Of a DNA stretch of 64,000 nucleotides, positions 52,021 through 62,070 are shown piece after piece. The DNA comes from an uncultured Verrucomicrobiae bacterium (GTDB lineage: Bacteria; Verrucomicrobiota; Verrucomicrobiia; Chthoniobacterales; UBA10450): assembly GCA_963834385.1 (NCBI GenBank), contig CAWIBO010000003.1, forward strand, positions 288,001 to 352,000, read 5' to 3'. Both the position numbers and the translations under genes were made by a program. Numbering within the stretch: the stretch's first letter is position 1; every line of letters begins with the position of its first letter. The notes beneath the pieces are model-generated. The model saw only the letters and a program-made list of their open reading frames with translations. It was not told the origin of the DNA and did no database searches.

Positions 52021-52418
52021 CAGCGGGCGCTCTTCCTTCCGGTCCCCTGGTGACCCCGGCTTTTTTCCGTCAGGTCGAGCGCGGCCTCAGTTTTTCCACG
52101 CTCGAGCTGCTCCGGCGCGCCATTGATCTTTCCCTCGATAAGATCGCGGGCCAGGTGGGCATCTCCCGCGCCACCCTCCACCGGCGCAAAAAAGAGAAAC
52201 GCCTCACCCCGGCCGAGTCGGAAAAGGTCCTGCGCTACGCCCGCCTGTTCGACCAGGCCCGCCGCGTTTTTGGTGACGCCGCCAGCGCCCGGCTCTGGCT
52301 CAAGTTTCCGCAGCAGGCCCTTGGCCAGGTCGCCCCGCTCGATTACGCGCGCACGGAGCTCGGCGCGCGGGAAGTGGAAGATCTGCTCGGTCGCATCGAT
52401 CACGGCGTTTACTCCTGA
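52014..52418 (+). CDS. Xre/MbcA/ParS family antitoxin
   Basis: VGISRATLHRRK..RLTPAESEK..R.ARL...A..VFG...A..WL..P..ALG...PLD...G.REVEDLLGRIDHGVYS. Confidence 0.93.
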   Translation: MRSAGALPSGPLVTPAFFRQVERGLSFSTLELLRRAIDLSLDKIAGQVGISRATLHRRKKEKRLTPAESEKVLRYARLFDQARRVFGDAASARLWLKFPQQALGQVAPLDYARTELGAREVEDLLGRIDHGVYS

Positions 52419-52877
52419 TGCGACACGGCTGGCGCCTGGTCCGGGCCGCGCGCGCCGGCACCGCGTTTACCGGCGAAGGAGCCGCTCTTTTCCCGGGGCG
52501 CTGGAACCGCCGGGGCACCCGGCTGGTCTATGTCAGCGCGCACCAGTCGCTGGCCGCGCTCGAACTGCTGGTGCACTGGCGCCCGTTGCCGGCACGCCAG
52601 GAGTTTGCCGCGTTCGCCCTGAAATGGCCCGAGCGCATCACCGAGACGCTCAAGAAGCTGCCGCCTGACTGGCGCGAGGAGCCGGCGCCGGACTCCACCC
52701 GCGAGCTTGGGGAACGCTGGGTGCGGGAGGCGCGCTCCGCTGTCCTGGCCGTGCCGAGTGTGCTCGCGCCGGCCGACCTGAATTATTTGCTGAACCCGCT
52801 CGCACCCGGACTTTCGGTTGATCGAGATCGGCCCGGCCATCCCCTTTGCCTTTGATCCGCGCCTGCTGGAACGTTAG
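52418..52877 (+). CDS. RES domain toxin; frameshift near 52805
   Basis: FTGEGA..PGRWN..G...VY.S...SLAALELLVH, LPPDW, VPSV, NYLLNP; FDPRL in the shifted frame. Confidence 0.92.
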
Positions 52878-52879
52878 CG

Positions 52880-53424
52880 ATGTCCTCGCCCTTTATTCGG
52901 TCCGCGCTTTTGTTTGCCCTGGTCGTTTTAGCCGTGGCGCCGGCCCGGGCGGAGGAGGAAACATTCTTCGATCGGTTGCGCGCCTTGTGCGGCGAACGGC
53001 TGGAAGGCCGGACCGAGTTTCCGACGCAGGCCGATCATCCCATGGTGGGGAAAACGCTGGTGCTGACCCCGGTCTGTTCGAAAGACGACGAGGTGCGGGT
53101 GCCGCTGGCGGTGGGGGAGGATCGTTCCCGCACCTGGATCATCCGCCAGGAAAAGGAGGGGCTGTATCTGAAACATGATCACCGGCATGCCGACGGGACC
53201 CCGGACAAGGTAACCAACTACGGCGGACAGGCGCAGGCGGACGGGACCGCGGTGCGTCAGGTTTTTCCGGCGGACCAGGAGACGGCGGAGCTGTTGCCGG
53301 AAGCGGCGACCAATGTCTGGACGCTCGAGTTTCATCCGGAGCGGAACGAGTTGAGCTACACCCTGCACCGGCACGGCGAATTGCGTTACCGGGCGGTCTT
53401 CCGCCTGCCCGCGAAGAAAAATAG
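52880..53424 (+). CDS. Hypothetical secreted protein; stop probably TAG 53422 (A-run indel) before the tRNA
   Basis: Signal peptide; FFDRLRALCG, VGEDRSRTW, LKHDHRHADG, YGG, NVW. Confidence 0.75.
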
Positions 53425-53508
53425 TGCCGGCGGAGGGGATCGAACCCACACTCCCTTGCGGGAACCGGATTTTGAGTCCGGCGCGTCTGCCAGTTCCGCC
53501 ACACCGGC
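53425..53508 (-). tRNA. tRNA-Leu(CAA), CCA not encoded
   Basis: GCCGGTGTGGCGGAACTGGCAGACGCGCCGGACT-CAA-AATCCGG, long variable arm, GGGTTCGATCCCCTCCGCCGGCA. Confidence 0.96.
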
Positions 53509-53563
53509 GCGGTCGTGGCATACCGTTCCGCATCGCCCCTTCCGCGCAAGTTAAAAGAGGGGA

Positions 53564-53663
53564 GCGGAAGCCTTCGCCACAGATTGACACGGATTAACAC
53601 CGATTCGGGATTGCGTTCCGTTTCTCCCATCTGTGAAAATCAGTGTTCATCTGTGGAGAACTC
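53564..53663. repeat. CACAGAT triplet repeat pair (imperfect inverted repeat)
   Basis: TTCGCCACAGATTGACACGGATTAACACCGAT ... CCCATCTGTGAAAATCAGTGTTCATCTGTGG. Confidence 0.8.
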
Positions 53664-53874
53664 CTTTGCAGCGTTGTCGCTTCCGCCCTCGCCCGGCGCT
53701 CCGGCAGTGTCCGACCGACGCGGACGAAATTCTGGGAGGCGTAAGATTCGTGGACGGACTACCCCCTTTTTTGTTCGGCGTTCTTTGCTTGAGAGTAAGT
53801 TCTGGTCAGGGCTCCTTTGATTTGGCAGAGCGCAACATGGTGATGCACCTGACTAACCTGTAGTACGAAACACT

Positions 53875-54321
53875 ATGCCCAGTCTGTGGTTGCTAACTTT
53901 ATGCCTAGCCGCTGCCTTGTGGTTCCCATTGGCTTGGCTCCATAGCTTCTACAGTGGGTGGCAAGCTTTAGCGAAACACTTTCGAGAGGAGAGTCGGAGC
54001 GCCGGAGAAGTTGAGTTTAGTGCTGGGACTGTGATTATCGGCGGGACGGTAAATCGTCTTGGTATATCTATGGCGATCTCGACCGAGTGTCTCCATTTAC
54101 GATCGGCATGGATCACGAGTTTTGCACATCCGCCTCTCGCTATACCTTGGACCTCCCTATACAATCCGAGACTTGTTCATGTTATGTGGATTCCCTATGT
54201 CAGGTTCGATGTCGGGCGCCCGGCGATAACGACCATCGAGGTTGCAGGTTATTTATCCTCGCTCTTCCCTCCCTCAGCGCGTCCTGAGGTGTTTAAGCCT
54301 TCATCAGATCAAGGCAGATGA
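53875..54321 (+). CDS. Hypothetical membrane-anchored protein, low GC
   Basis: N-terminal TM, SGWQALAKHF, FAHPPLAIPW; atypical base composition. Confidence 0.65.
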   Translation: MPSLWLLTLCLAAALWFPLAWLHSFYSGWQALAKHFREESRSAGEVEFSAGTVIIGGTVNRLGISMAISTECLHLRSAWITSFAHPPLAIPWTSLYNPRLVHVMWIPYVRFDVGRPAITTIEVAGYLSSLFPPSARPEVFKPSSDQGR

Positions 54322-54604
54322 ACCGTCGCCATGTCGTGACCGGTTACGTTCCGGCTGGAGTCATCGCTACCGTATACATCGCGATTGTTGCGGCTGGCGG
54401 CTCCGATCCGGAACTCGTGCGCAAGGTGACTTTGCCCGCGGCGGCAATGATTTTTGGCGCTCTCGGCTGGCTGCCTGGTTTGTTGGCACCTCTCTGCCTG
54501 ACTGGAAGCGGCCCGCCACCCTGATCCCATTCGTACTAAACTGCATTCTCCTGGTGGCGGCGGTTGGCCTTTGCATCTTTTCCCTCCCGTTTTGGTGGGT
54601 TTAG
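54318..54604 (+). CDS. Hypothetical small membrane protein; probable frameshift near 54490
   Basis: ATGA-coupled to the previous gene; hydrophobic halves in ORFs 54318-54524 and 54242-54604. Confidence 0.5.
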
Positions 54605-54647
54605 GCTGTTGCGCCTCAAAGATGCTTACCGTGCAAATAGGCAAGCT

Positions 54648-54684
54648 GCGGAAGCTTTCGCCACAGATTTACACGGATTAACGC
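54648..54684 (+). repeat. Direct copy of the 53564-53600 CACAGAT repeat
   Basis: GCGGAAGCTTTCGCCACAGATTTACACGGATTAACGC vs GCGGAAGCCTTCGCCACAGATTGACACGGATTAACAC. Confidence 0.85.
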
Positions 54685-54705
54685 AGGCCCAGTGAAGATT
54701 AAGAA

Positions 54706-55356
54706 ATGACCAAGTGTGTTCGAGTTATAACCTGCTTGACCCTACTGCTGATCATGCGCGTGACAGGCATGGCGTTCAAGATGGAGCCTGAGATGCAAGC
54801 CTATCTAAATTCAGCGCAAGTTACCGAAGATGGTATTCCTAGTGGTGACTATCACGGCCCCTCGTCGTTTCGCTCTTATCTCCGGGCGAACTGGCGGGAG
54901 ATCCTCGATAACATCCAGACGATCGCGCCAAACCGTCCGCAGCAAGCCGTGATCTTCGCGACCGCGGCGTTCCTTCCGTCGCCTGAATATTTGGATTTCA
55001 TGGCGGCGACGATTGATCAGTTTGAAAAAGGAAATCTGGATGCAACAGCGGTGCGGCACCGCGTTCTCTTTCCTCCGCGCCATCGTTATGGATTCTTGCA
55101 GTTCAACTACCAGAATCCGCAGGTTCGATCTATTTGCGAGAAAGCGAAGCGGCTGTTCCCATCTGATCAGCAACTCCAGGAATACTTGAGCGACATTTTG
55201 AGCGGCGCAGGCAAGGAGCACGCCGAGGATTGGCTTTCCCAGAACAAGATGAAGCCGCCTGAAGTCCTCGCGTCTGTGACTCCTCCCACACTGCCAAGAG
55301 TGAGGCCAGGCGCAGCCACGCCAATGCCGGCGCCGCCCGCTCCACGTAAATGGTGA
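54706..55356 (+). CDS. Hypothetical secreted protein with Pro-rich tail, low GC
   Basis: Signal-peptide-like N-terminus, 216-aa ORF. Confidence 0.65.
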   Translation: MTKCVRVITCLTLLLIMRVTGMAFKMEPEMQAYLNSAQVTEDGIPSGDYHGPSSFRSYLRANWREILDNIQTIAPNRPQQAVIFATAAFLPSPEYLDFMAATIDQFEKGNLDATAVRHRVLFPPRHRYGFLQFNYQNPQVRSICEKAKRLFPSDQQLQEYLSDILSGAGKEHAEDWLSQNKMKPPEVLASVTPPTLPRVRPGAATPMPAPPAPRKW

Positions 55357-55371
55357 ATCGTAAGAAGCCAA

Positions 55372-55728
55372 TCCGCTGAGGACAGCGGACGCTACAGCGC
55401 GACAATATGAAGCGGCGTTGGTTGGTCGTTTGTGAGGTCCTTCGCTTCGCTCAGGATGACGGACAGGTGGGACAGCAGATCGGGAGCGGATCGCTTCCTT
55501 CCCATCTGTGAAAATCTGTGTTCATCTGTGGCGAACTCGTCCGGTTGGTTCGTCGCAGCGGCGCTGTAGCGTGCCCTATCCATATGAAGCTGGGCTGGTT
55601 GGTCGTTTGGGGGGTCCTTCGCTTCGCTCAGGATGACGGACAGGTGGGACAGCAGAGGAGGACCGCGTTCAGGGCTTCCCCATCTGTGAAAATCTGTGTT
55701 CATCTGTGGAGAAACTCGTCCCGGCTGA
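55372..55728 (-). repeat. Composite repeat: GTAG-type REP plus two ~178-bp tandem units (REP element + CACAGAT triplet)
   Basis: Minus-strand TGTAGCG-TCCGCTG-TCCT-CAGCGGA at 55372-55396; units at about 55405-55548 and 55582-55728 share GGTCCTTCGCTTCGCTCAGGATGACGGACAGGTGGGACAGCAGA and CCCATCTGTGAAAATCTGTGTTCATCTGTGG. Confidence 0.88.
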
Positions 55729-55770
55729 TTGGACAAACCCGGCCTCGTCGCGACACTTCCCTTTCGGCTC

Positions 55771-57586
55771 ATGAAACACGTTCTTCTCCTCCTGCTCTCC
55801 GCCAATCTGGCCTTCGCAGCATCGTCGCCGTCTCCCTCGCCTCCGCCCGGCACTGCGACCGTGTCCGAGCGGCTCAAGGCCTTCTTCGAGGAAACGTTCG
55901 AGGCGCACCTGGCCCGGCATCCCATGGAACAGGCGCGGCTTGGCCTGAAAACCAATTACGATCAGTGGGACGATTATTCCGACACGGCTCGCGTCGCGGA
56001 AATGGCGGCGCGCGAGGCCGAGCTGGCCCGGTTGAAAAAGGAATTCGCGCCCGATCAGCTCGAGCCGGCCGACCAGTTGAGCTACGAGCTGTTTGAGCGC
56101 GAAGTGGCGCGCGCGCGCGAGGCCTTCCCGTTCCGCCAATCCGTTTATCGCATCTCGCAGATGCGCGGGGTCCACACCGAGCTGCCCACCTTCCTTATTA
56201 ATGTGCACAAGGTCGAGAACCCGGAGGACGCCCGGGCTTACATTGTGCGGCTGCGCGGCATCCCCGCCGTTTTCGACGCCGCCATCGCCGATCTCGAGGA
56301 GAGCGCGCAACAGGGCGTGGTCCCGCCCAAGTTTGTCTTCCCGCTGGTGCTCGATGCCTGTCGCCGGATCATTGCCGGTGCCCCCTTTGAAAAAGAAGGG
56401 TCGCCCAGCCCGCTCCTCGAGGATTTCACCAAGAAGCTCGATGCCCTGAAGGATCTGCCGGCGCCGGCCCGCGAGAAACTGCTCAAGGAAGCCCGGCTCG
56501 CGCTCGAGACCGCGGTGGCGCCGGCCTACCGCAAACTGATGGCGAGCCTCGAAGCGCTCGAGAAGAAAGCGACCGACGACGTGGGCGTCTGGCGGTTTGA
56601 AAAAGGGGCCGATTATTACCGGATCCTGCTGCGTCACACCACCACAACCGATCTTTCCGCGGACGAGATACACGCCATTGGTCTGCGCGAAGTCGCCCGC
56701 ATCCAGAAAGAGATGACGGCGATCAAGGAAGCGGTCGGGTTCAAGGGGACGCTGCCCGAGTTCTTCAAGTTCATGCGAGAGGACAACCGGTTCTATGCCG
56801 CCAACTCGGAGAAAGGCCGGGCGCGTTACCTGGCCCAGGCCACCTCGATCATCGACACCATGCGCGGACGGCTGGACGAACTTTTCCTGACCAAGCCAAA
56901 GGCAAATTGCGTGGTCAAAGCGGTGGAACCGTTTCGCGAGAAATCAGCGGGCAAAGCCTTTTATCAGCGGCCGGCGGCCGACGGGAGCCGGCCCGGAATG
57001 TTTTACGTGAACCTGAGCGACATGAAAAACACGCCGCTCTATTCGTTGGAAGCGCTGGCCTACCACGAAGGGATTCCCGGGCACCACATGCAGATCGCGA
57101 TTGCGCAGGAGTTGACCGGCCTGCCCCGGTTTCGGCGTTTCACCCATGCCTATACCGCCTACGTCGAAGGCTGGGCGCTCTACAGCGAGCTGATTCCCAA
57201 GGAAATCGGTCTTTACCAGGATCCCGTTCTCCGATTTCGGCCGGCTCTCGCTCGAACTCTGGCGGGCGGGCCGGCTGGTGGTCGATACCGGCCTGCACGA
57301 GAAGAAATGGTCGCGCGACCAGGCAATCAAATACCTTGTGGAAAATACGCCGAACGCGCCGACCGACTGCACCGACGCGATCAATCGTTACATCGTGATG
57401 CCGGGGCAGGCGACGGCCTACAAAATCGGGATGCTGCGGCTGGTGGAGCTGCGGGACCGGGCCAAAAAGAAGCTGGGCGAAAAGTTCGACCTGCGTGAAT
57501 TCCACGACGTGGTCCTGACCAACGGCCCGATGCCGCTCGATCTGCTCGAGCGCATGGTGGATCGCTGGATCGCGTCGAAGAGCTGA
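55771..57586 (+). CDS. DUF885 family secreted protein (metallopeptidase-like); frameshift near 57228
   Basis: HEGIPGHHMQ, YVEGWALYSE, RLVVDTGLH, PGQATAYKIG, FDLREFHD. Confidence 0.92.
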
Positions 57587-58231
57587 TCAGACCGCCCGCT
57601 CCGCTGCCGGCTGGAGTCCGCGCGGCGGGCCCAGGATCTCGCGAAGGACGATCGCCTCGCGCAAAGCCGCCGGGGTGCCGAGGCGCGCCCGCAACAGGGA
57701 GGGCGAGGCGACGGTCGTCTCGGGGAAACTGGTTTCCGCCTCCCGTTTCCGCGGTCGGCGCTGGGAGCGGGGAGCCGGTTTGCGTTCGCGGAAAGCATCG
57801 GGCAGTTCCTGCCAGGGCGACTTTTCGATGGGTGATGGCACCGGCACGAGCGGTGGGGCGGGGGGGAGCGGCGGCGGCGTGGTGGTGAGGGGCGGCACCG
57901 GGTTCAAGACCCGGCGGCGCTCCTGTTGCACCGTGCGTTCGACCTTTTCCCGCACCACTTCGCGAATCGGCCGGGGCTGGGCTTTCGGCGGCGGCTCGTT
58001 CGTGGTGGGAACGCCGAGCGCTTCCAGGAATTTGCGGACCCGTTCCTCCTCGGGCGTTCGTCCCGCGGGCGCGGTTCGGCTGGCCGGTTCCGCCCGGTGC
58101 ACCGGGACGGGTGGCGGCGGGGGCGGCGTCCCGGCGTTCTCCCGCTCCTCCCGCTTGCGCGTGGCATTCTCAATCATCCAGCGGGCCAGGGCCACGCCGG
58201 CGATCAGGAGGATGAAGAGGATGTTTTCCAT
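57587..58231 (-). CDS. Pro-rich single-TM protein, YqfB-like floA partner
   Basis: N-terminal TM, C-terminal LREAIVLREILGPP; coupled to floA. Confidence 0.65.
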   Translation of the reverse strand: MENILFILLIAGVALARWMIENATRKREERENAGTPPPPPPVPVHRAEPASRTAPAGRTPEEERVRKFLEALGVPTTNEPPPKAQPRPIREVVREKVERTVQQERRRVLNPVPPLTTTPPPLPPAPPLVPVPSPIEKSPWQELPDAFRERKPAPRSQRRPRKREAETSFPETTVASPSLLRARLGTPAALREAIVLREILGPPRGLQPAAERAV

Positions 58232-59247
58232 CAGGCCTGGTCGTCGCCCTTCTTGTCACCGCCCGCGATCGATTCCCGCATGTCGGTGTCGGCCTGCACA
58301 TTTTTCATCCGGACATAATCCATGATGCCGAGGTTGCCGGAACGGAAGGCCTCGGCCATGGCCTGCGGCACCTGCGCCTCGGCTTCGACGACCTTGGCCC
58401 GCATTTCCTGCGTTTCGCGCGCATTTCCTGCTCGGACCGCGACGGCGGCGGCGCGGCGCACTTCCGCCTTGGCCTGGGCGACGCGTTTGTCGGCATCGGC
58501 CTGCTCCGCCTGGAGCTTGGCGCCGATGTTTTCGCCGATGTCGACGTCGGCGATGTCGATGGAAAGAATTTCAAAGGCGGTCCCGCTGTCGAGGCCCTTT
58601 GCCAGGACGGTTTTCGAAATGCGATCGGGGTTCTCCAGCACCTCCTTGTAGGAGTCGGCCGAGCCGATCGAGCTGACAATGCCTTCGCCCACGCGGGCGA
58701 TGATGGTTTCCTCGGTGGCGCCGCCGACGAAGCGGTCGAGATGCGAGCGCACGGTCACGCGGGCCTTGGCTTTGACGCCGATGCCGTCGCGGGCCACGCC
58801 GTCGATCGTGGTCTTGCCCATGCTCGGGTGCGGACAATCGATCACCTTGGGATTGATGCTGGTGCGGACGGCCTCGAGCACGGTTTTGCCGGTGCCCTTG
58901 GTGGCGAGGTCGATGGCGCAGGCGCGGTTGAGATCGAGCGAGATGCCGGCCTTGTCCGCCGCGATGAGGGCGAGGATGACGTGGGAAACTTTGCCGCCGG
59001 CGAGGTAATGCGCCTCGAGCGGATCGCTCTGCACATCGAGGCCGGCTTTGACCGCGGTGATGCGGTTATCGACGATGAGGCCGACCGGCACCTTGCGCAG
59101 GCGCATCCCGATCATCTTGCCGATGCCGACCGGGGCGTTGGCGATGCGGGCGCGGAGCCAGAGCCCGAAGAAGTTGAAGATGACGATGGCGAAAATGAGG
59201 CCGACGAGGGCGAGGGCGCCAACGCCCACGAGGTAAAGAGTTTCCAT
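58231..59247 (-). CDS. floA: Flotillin-like protein FloA (YqfA); local compensated frameshift near 58410-58440
   Basis: [70 protein letters not shown]. Confidence 0.93.
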   Translation of the reverse strand: METLYLVGVGALALVGLIFAIVIFNFFGLWLRARIANAPVGIGKMIGMRLRKVPVGLIVDNRITAVKAGLDVQSDPLEAHYLAGGKVSHVILALIAADKAGISLDLNRACAIDLATKGTGKTVLEAVRTSINPKVIDCPHPSMGKTTIDGVARDGIGVKAKARVTVRSHLDRFVGGATEETIIARVGEGIVSSIGSADSYKEVLENPDRISKTVLAKGLDSGTAFEILSIDIADVDIGENIGAKLQAEQADADKRVAQAKAEVRRAAAVAVRAGNARETQEMRAKVVEAEAQVPQAMAEAFRSGNLGIMDYVRMKNVQADTDMRESIAGGDKKGDDQA

Positions 59248-59418
59248 GGTGGGCGGAATCTACCGGAAGGAACCGGTGGCCGAAAGGTCTTTCGCGCGGG
59301 AGCGGCGTAACGGCGCTGGGCGGATCGGGGAGGGGCGCGCCGGTTCGGCGGGGCCCGGGAGCAAAAAAACTCTTTTTGCGACCAGCGTTCCGGCCTGATC
59401 CGATGTATCAGTAACTCT

Positions 59419-59739
59419 ATGAAAACAATAACCAAATGTCTGGCGGGAATTTTTTCGGTGGCTCTGGCCCTGGCGGTGCTGACCGGTTGCGAAGTGAAGA
59501 AGACGCAGGATGCGAAGGCGCCGAGCGTGGACGTTGATGTGAAGACGTCCCCGGGACAAATGCCCAAGTATGATGTGGACGCCGCCGACGTGGACGTGAA
59601 GACCACTGAGGAGAAGGTGCTGGTGCCGAAGGTTGGCCTCCAGGAAGAGACGATCAAAGTGCCGGACGTGGACGTGAACATGCCGGGCGAGACGCCGACC
59701 CCCGCGGCCGAAGCGACGCCGGTGCCGCCGCAGAACTAA
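59419..59739 (+). CDS. Hypothetical lipoprotein with VDVDV motifs
   Basis: Lipobox LTGC; followed by a terminator. Confidence 0.8.
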   Translation: MKTITKCLAGIFSVALALAVLTGCEVKKTQDAKAPSVDVDVKTSPGQMPKYDVDAADVDVKTTEEKVLVPKVGLQEETIKVPDVDVNMPGETPTPAAEATPVPPQN

Positions 59740-59756
59740 GGAAGAACGAACTTAAC

Positions 59757-59799
59757 AAAACGCGCGTGTTCCGCCGAGAGGCGGGCACGCGCGTTTTTT
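59757..59799 (+). terminator. Rho-independent terminator (bidirectional)
   Basis: AAAACGCGCGTG...CACGCGCGTTTTTT. Confidence 0.85.
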
Positions 59800-59851
59800 A
59801 TTTTGACTAAGAGGCCTAAAAACGGGATGAACTGCTGCGACGGCCAAAGTT

Positions 59852-60610
59852 ATGAGATTCCTAGGACTTTATATAACGCTCTTGGTGATCGGTGTTGGTT
59901 CAGTTCGCGCACAAACCGTTTACCCAGGAAACGGTGGGGCTGGGTTCGGAGGAGCAATTGGCGGGGGATCGCTTTCTTTGTCAGACGATGGTACCACCTT
60001 GGTCGGGACACTTACCCGTGGCTCGGGGGGATTTAATGACGGATTCGTCATTTACGTCGATTCGATTGCGGGTGGCGCCACCTCTACAAGCGGTTACACC
60101 GATACTGCTGATGGCCTTAGATCTGCCATTTCTGGTCTCAATGGCGCGGACCGCGCAATTCTTAACTTCCCAACTTCGTTCGCTCCCGATTTCGCCATCG
60201 CAATGTCTCCTGCCCAAAACTTCGGAGGCCTGTGGAGCTTGTCGAATCCGGCTGATTTCCCCTTCGTGAGCGCAATCAGTTTCGCGCCCCCCAGCGATTC
60301 CACGGCGGGAAGCTACAGTTTTAGCATTAGCCTCACTGACCTAGGCCTTACGGCAAACAGTGGTCAAAGCTTCGATTTTGTCTCCACCTATGTGAGTTTT
60401 ACGGCCTACCGTTCGAATGAGAGTATCGCCACCACTTTGACAGGGACTTTTGCATCCGGAGACCCTAACAACAACTTCGGCAGGAACGACGTAACAGCCG
60501 GAAACTTCGCTACTTACACGATTATTCCGGAGCCTTCGACGGTCTCCCTGCTGGCTTTGGCGGGCGGGTTGGCCCTCTTCCGGGTGGCCCGGGCCCGAAA
60601 AAAGGCCTAA
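59852..60610 (+). CDS. PEP-CTERM sorting domain protein
   Basis: Signal peptide; C-terminal IPEPSTVSLLALAGGLALFRVARARKKA. Confidence 0.9.
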   Translation: MRFLGLYITLLVIGVGSVRAQTVYPGNGGAGFGGAIGGGSLSLSDDGTTLVGTLTRGSGGFNDGFVIYVDSIAGGATSTSGYTDTADGLRSAISGLNGADRAILNFPTSFAPDFAIAMSPAQNFGGLWSLSNPADFPFVSAISFAPPSDSTAGSYSFSISLTDLGLTANSGQSFDFVSTYVSFTAYRSNESIATTLTGTFASGDPNNNFGRNDVTAGNFATYTIIPEPSTVSLLALAGGLALFRVARARKKA

Positions 60611-60667
60611 AAAGGCCCGAAAAGGGTTGACCGCCCCCCGCCCCGTAGGGCAGAACAGGGGTCCCCT

Positions 60668-61268
60668 ATGAGCAAGAAACTTCTGCCAGTAATTATTGCA
60701 GTTCTCGCGTTTGCTGTTCCGAAGGCAACTTTCGCTTCTGCTGAGTTCTTCGGCAACGCGTTCGTCGTGCTGAATCTAAACGCCGGCGGCAACGTCTTTT
60801 ACGATCTCAACCCGAGCACGCAAACCTTGAACCCGAATTTCGGCGGGGAGGACCTTGGGACCTTTGATACTTCCGCGGGCGATTCACTTCTCCTCAACGG
60901 CGCGGAGTTCAATACCTTCACGACCAGTGCGACACGGTGAACACGGTCTCGTTGAATTACCGGGTTTTTATCCTGGGCAATCCGTCCTTTAGCGGCTTTG
61001 ACGTCACCTTCGTTTCACCAGCGGCAACAACCAGTTCTGGCAGTCGACCGACAAGAACATCAACGTCCTGAGCGGCCTGACCCCGGGCACCTACATGTTT
61101 GAAGTGTTCGGCAGCGCCGACACCACTGCCGGTTCGCGCTTCTACAGCAACAACGGGAACAATTACACCGCCACCTTCACCGTGGTGCCGGAGCCCTCCA
61201 GCCTGGCGCTGCTCGGTGGATCGTCCATTCTGGGGGCCTGGTTCTTCGCCCGGCGCCGGCGGAGCTAG
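60668..61268 (+). CDS. PEP-CTERM protein; two frameshifts (near 60930 and 61015)
   Basis: Joined frames: signal peptide...NVFYDL...NVLSGLTPGTYMFEVF...YSNNGNNYTATFTVVPEPSSLALLGG...FFARRRRS*. Confidence 0.82.
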
Positions 61269-61350
61269 GATTACGGAAATTATTGGAATTGACGAACTCA
61301 CATAAATTGACGAGAATAAGGGAGCGTTAATATCAGGAAAAAAGGGAATT

Positions 61351-61993
61351 ATGAAAAAATCTTGCTGTCATTGGCCGCTGCGGTCCTTCTGGCGCCGCTG
61401 TCATTCGCCGACACGGGATCTTCGGATCTTTCGTTGTTATCAATGTCGAACGGCGGGGGGAACATCTTTTACGATCTCAGTTCCGCCACGATGAACCCAG
61501 ACTTCCAAGGGCCGTTCCTCGGCAGCTTTCGATCCGAGCAGCGGAGACACCCTGATCTTGAACGGCGGCGAGGTGCAGACTTTAAAAACGGAGGTACCGG
61601 GACAGGAACCGGCAACACCATTACCGGCGCCTTTACCGACTACAACGGTCACCTCAGCATCAACCCCACGGGAACCTTCACTGGGATCGCTTGCCGTTTA
61701 ATTCCAAGTTTCGCTTCCTTCGGGACGAACGGGCGACCAAAAATGGCAGCTGCATCGTCGGGACGCAACGTCCTGGCGGGACTCGACCCGGGGACCTACA
61801 GCTTCGAGGTGTTCTCGACGGCGAACTATAGTCCGAGTGGCGGTGCTCCAGCGGCACCCACTTCGCCAACAACGGCGGCGCCAACTACACGGCGACCTTC
61901 ACCGTGATCCCCGAGCCCTCCAGCTTCGCTCTCCTGGGCGGGCCCGCCCTGCTCGGCGCCTACTTCTTCGCCCGGCGTCGCCGGCAGAAGTAA
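61351..61993 (+). CDS. PEP-CTERM protein, paralog of 60668-61268; many frameshifts
   Basis: Joined frames: NIFYDL...GDTLILNGGE...NVLAGLDPGTYSFEVF...FANNGGANYTATFTVIPEPSSFALLGG...FFARRRRQK*. Confidence 0.78.
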
Positions 61994-62016
61994 GCGGCCC
62001 ACCACCTTCCATTCTC

Positions 62017-62044
62017 AAAAGCCCCGCTGCGGCGGGGCTTTTTT
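62017..62044 (+). terminator. Rho-independent terminator
   Basis: AAAAGCCCCGC-TGCG-GCGGGGCTTTTTT. Confidence 0.88.
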
Positions 62045-62070
62045 GTGCCCGGAAAGCCCGAAGAAAAGTC

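Noticed and set aside
53425..53554. C-terminal extension of ORF 52880-53554 through tRNA-Leu
   Set aside because: One extra A in the run at 53417-53421 puts TAG 53422 in frame; the extension is antisense tRNA sequence.
53840..54620. Integron cassettes (attC)
   Set aside because: No RYYYAAC...GTTRRRY palindromes after the ORFs and no intI.
53425..55730. tRNA-integrated prophage or ICE
   Set aside because: No integrase, no duplicated tRNA 3' end, and the foreign DNA is on the 5' side of the tRNA.
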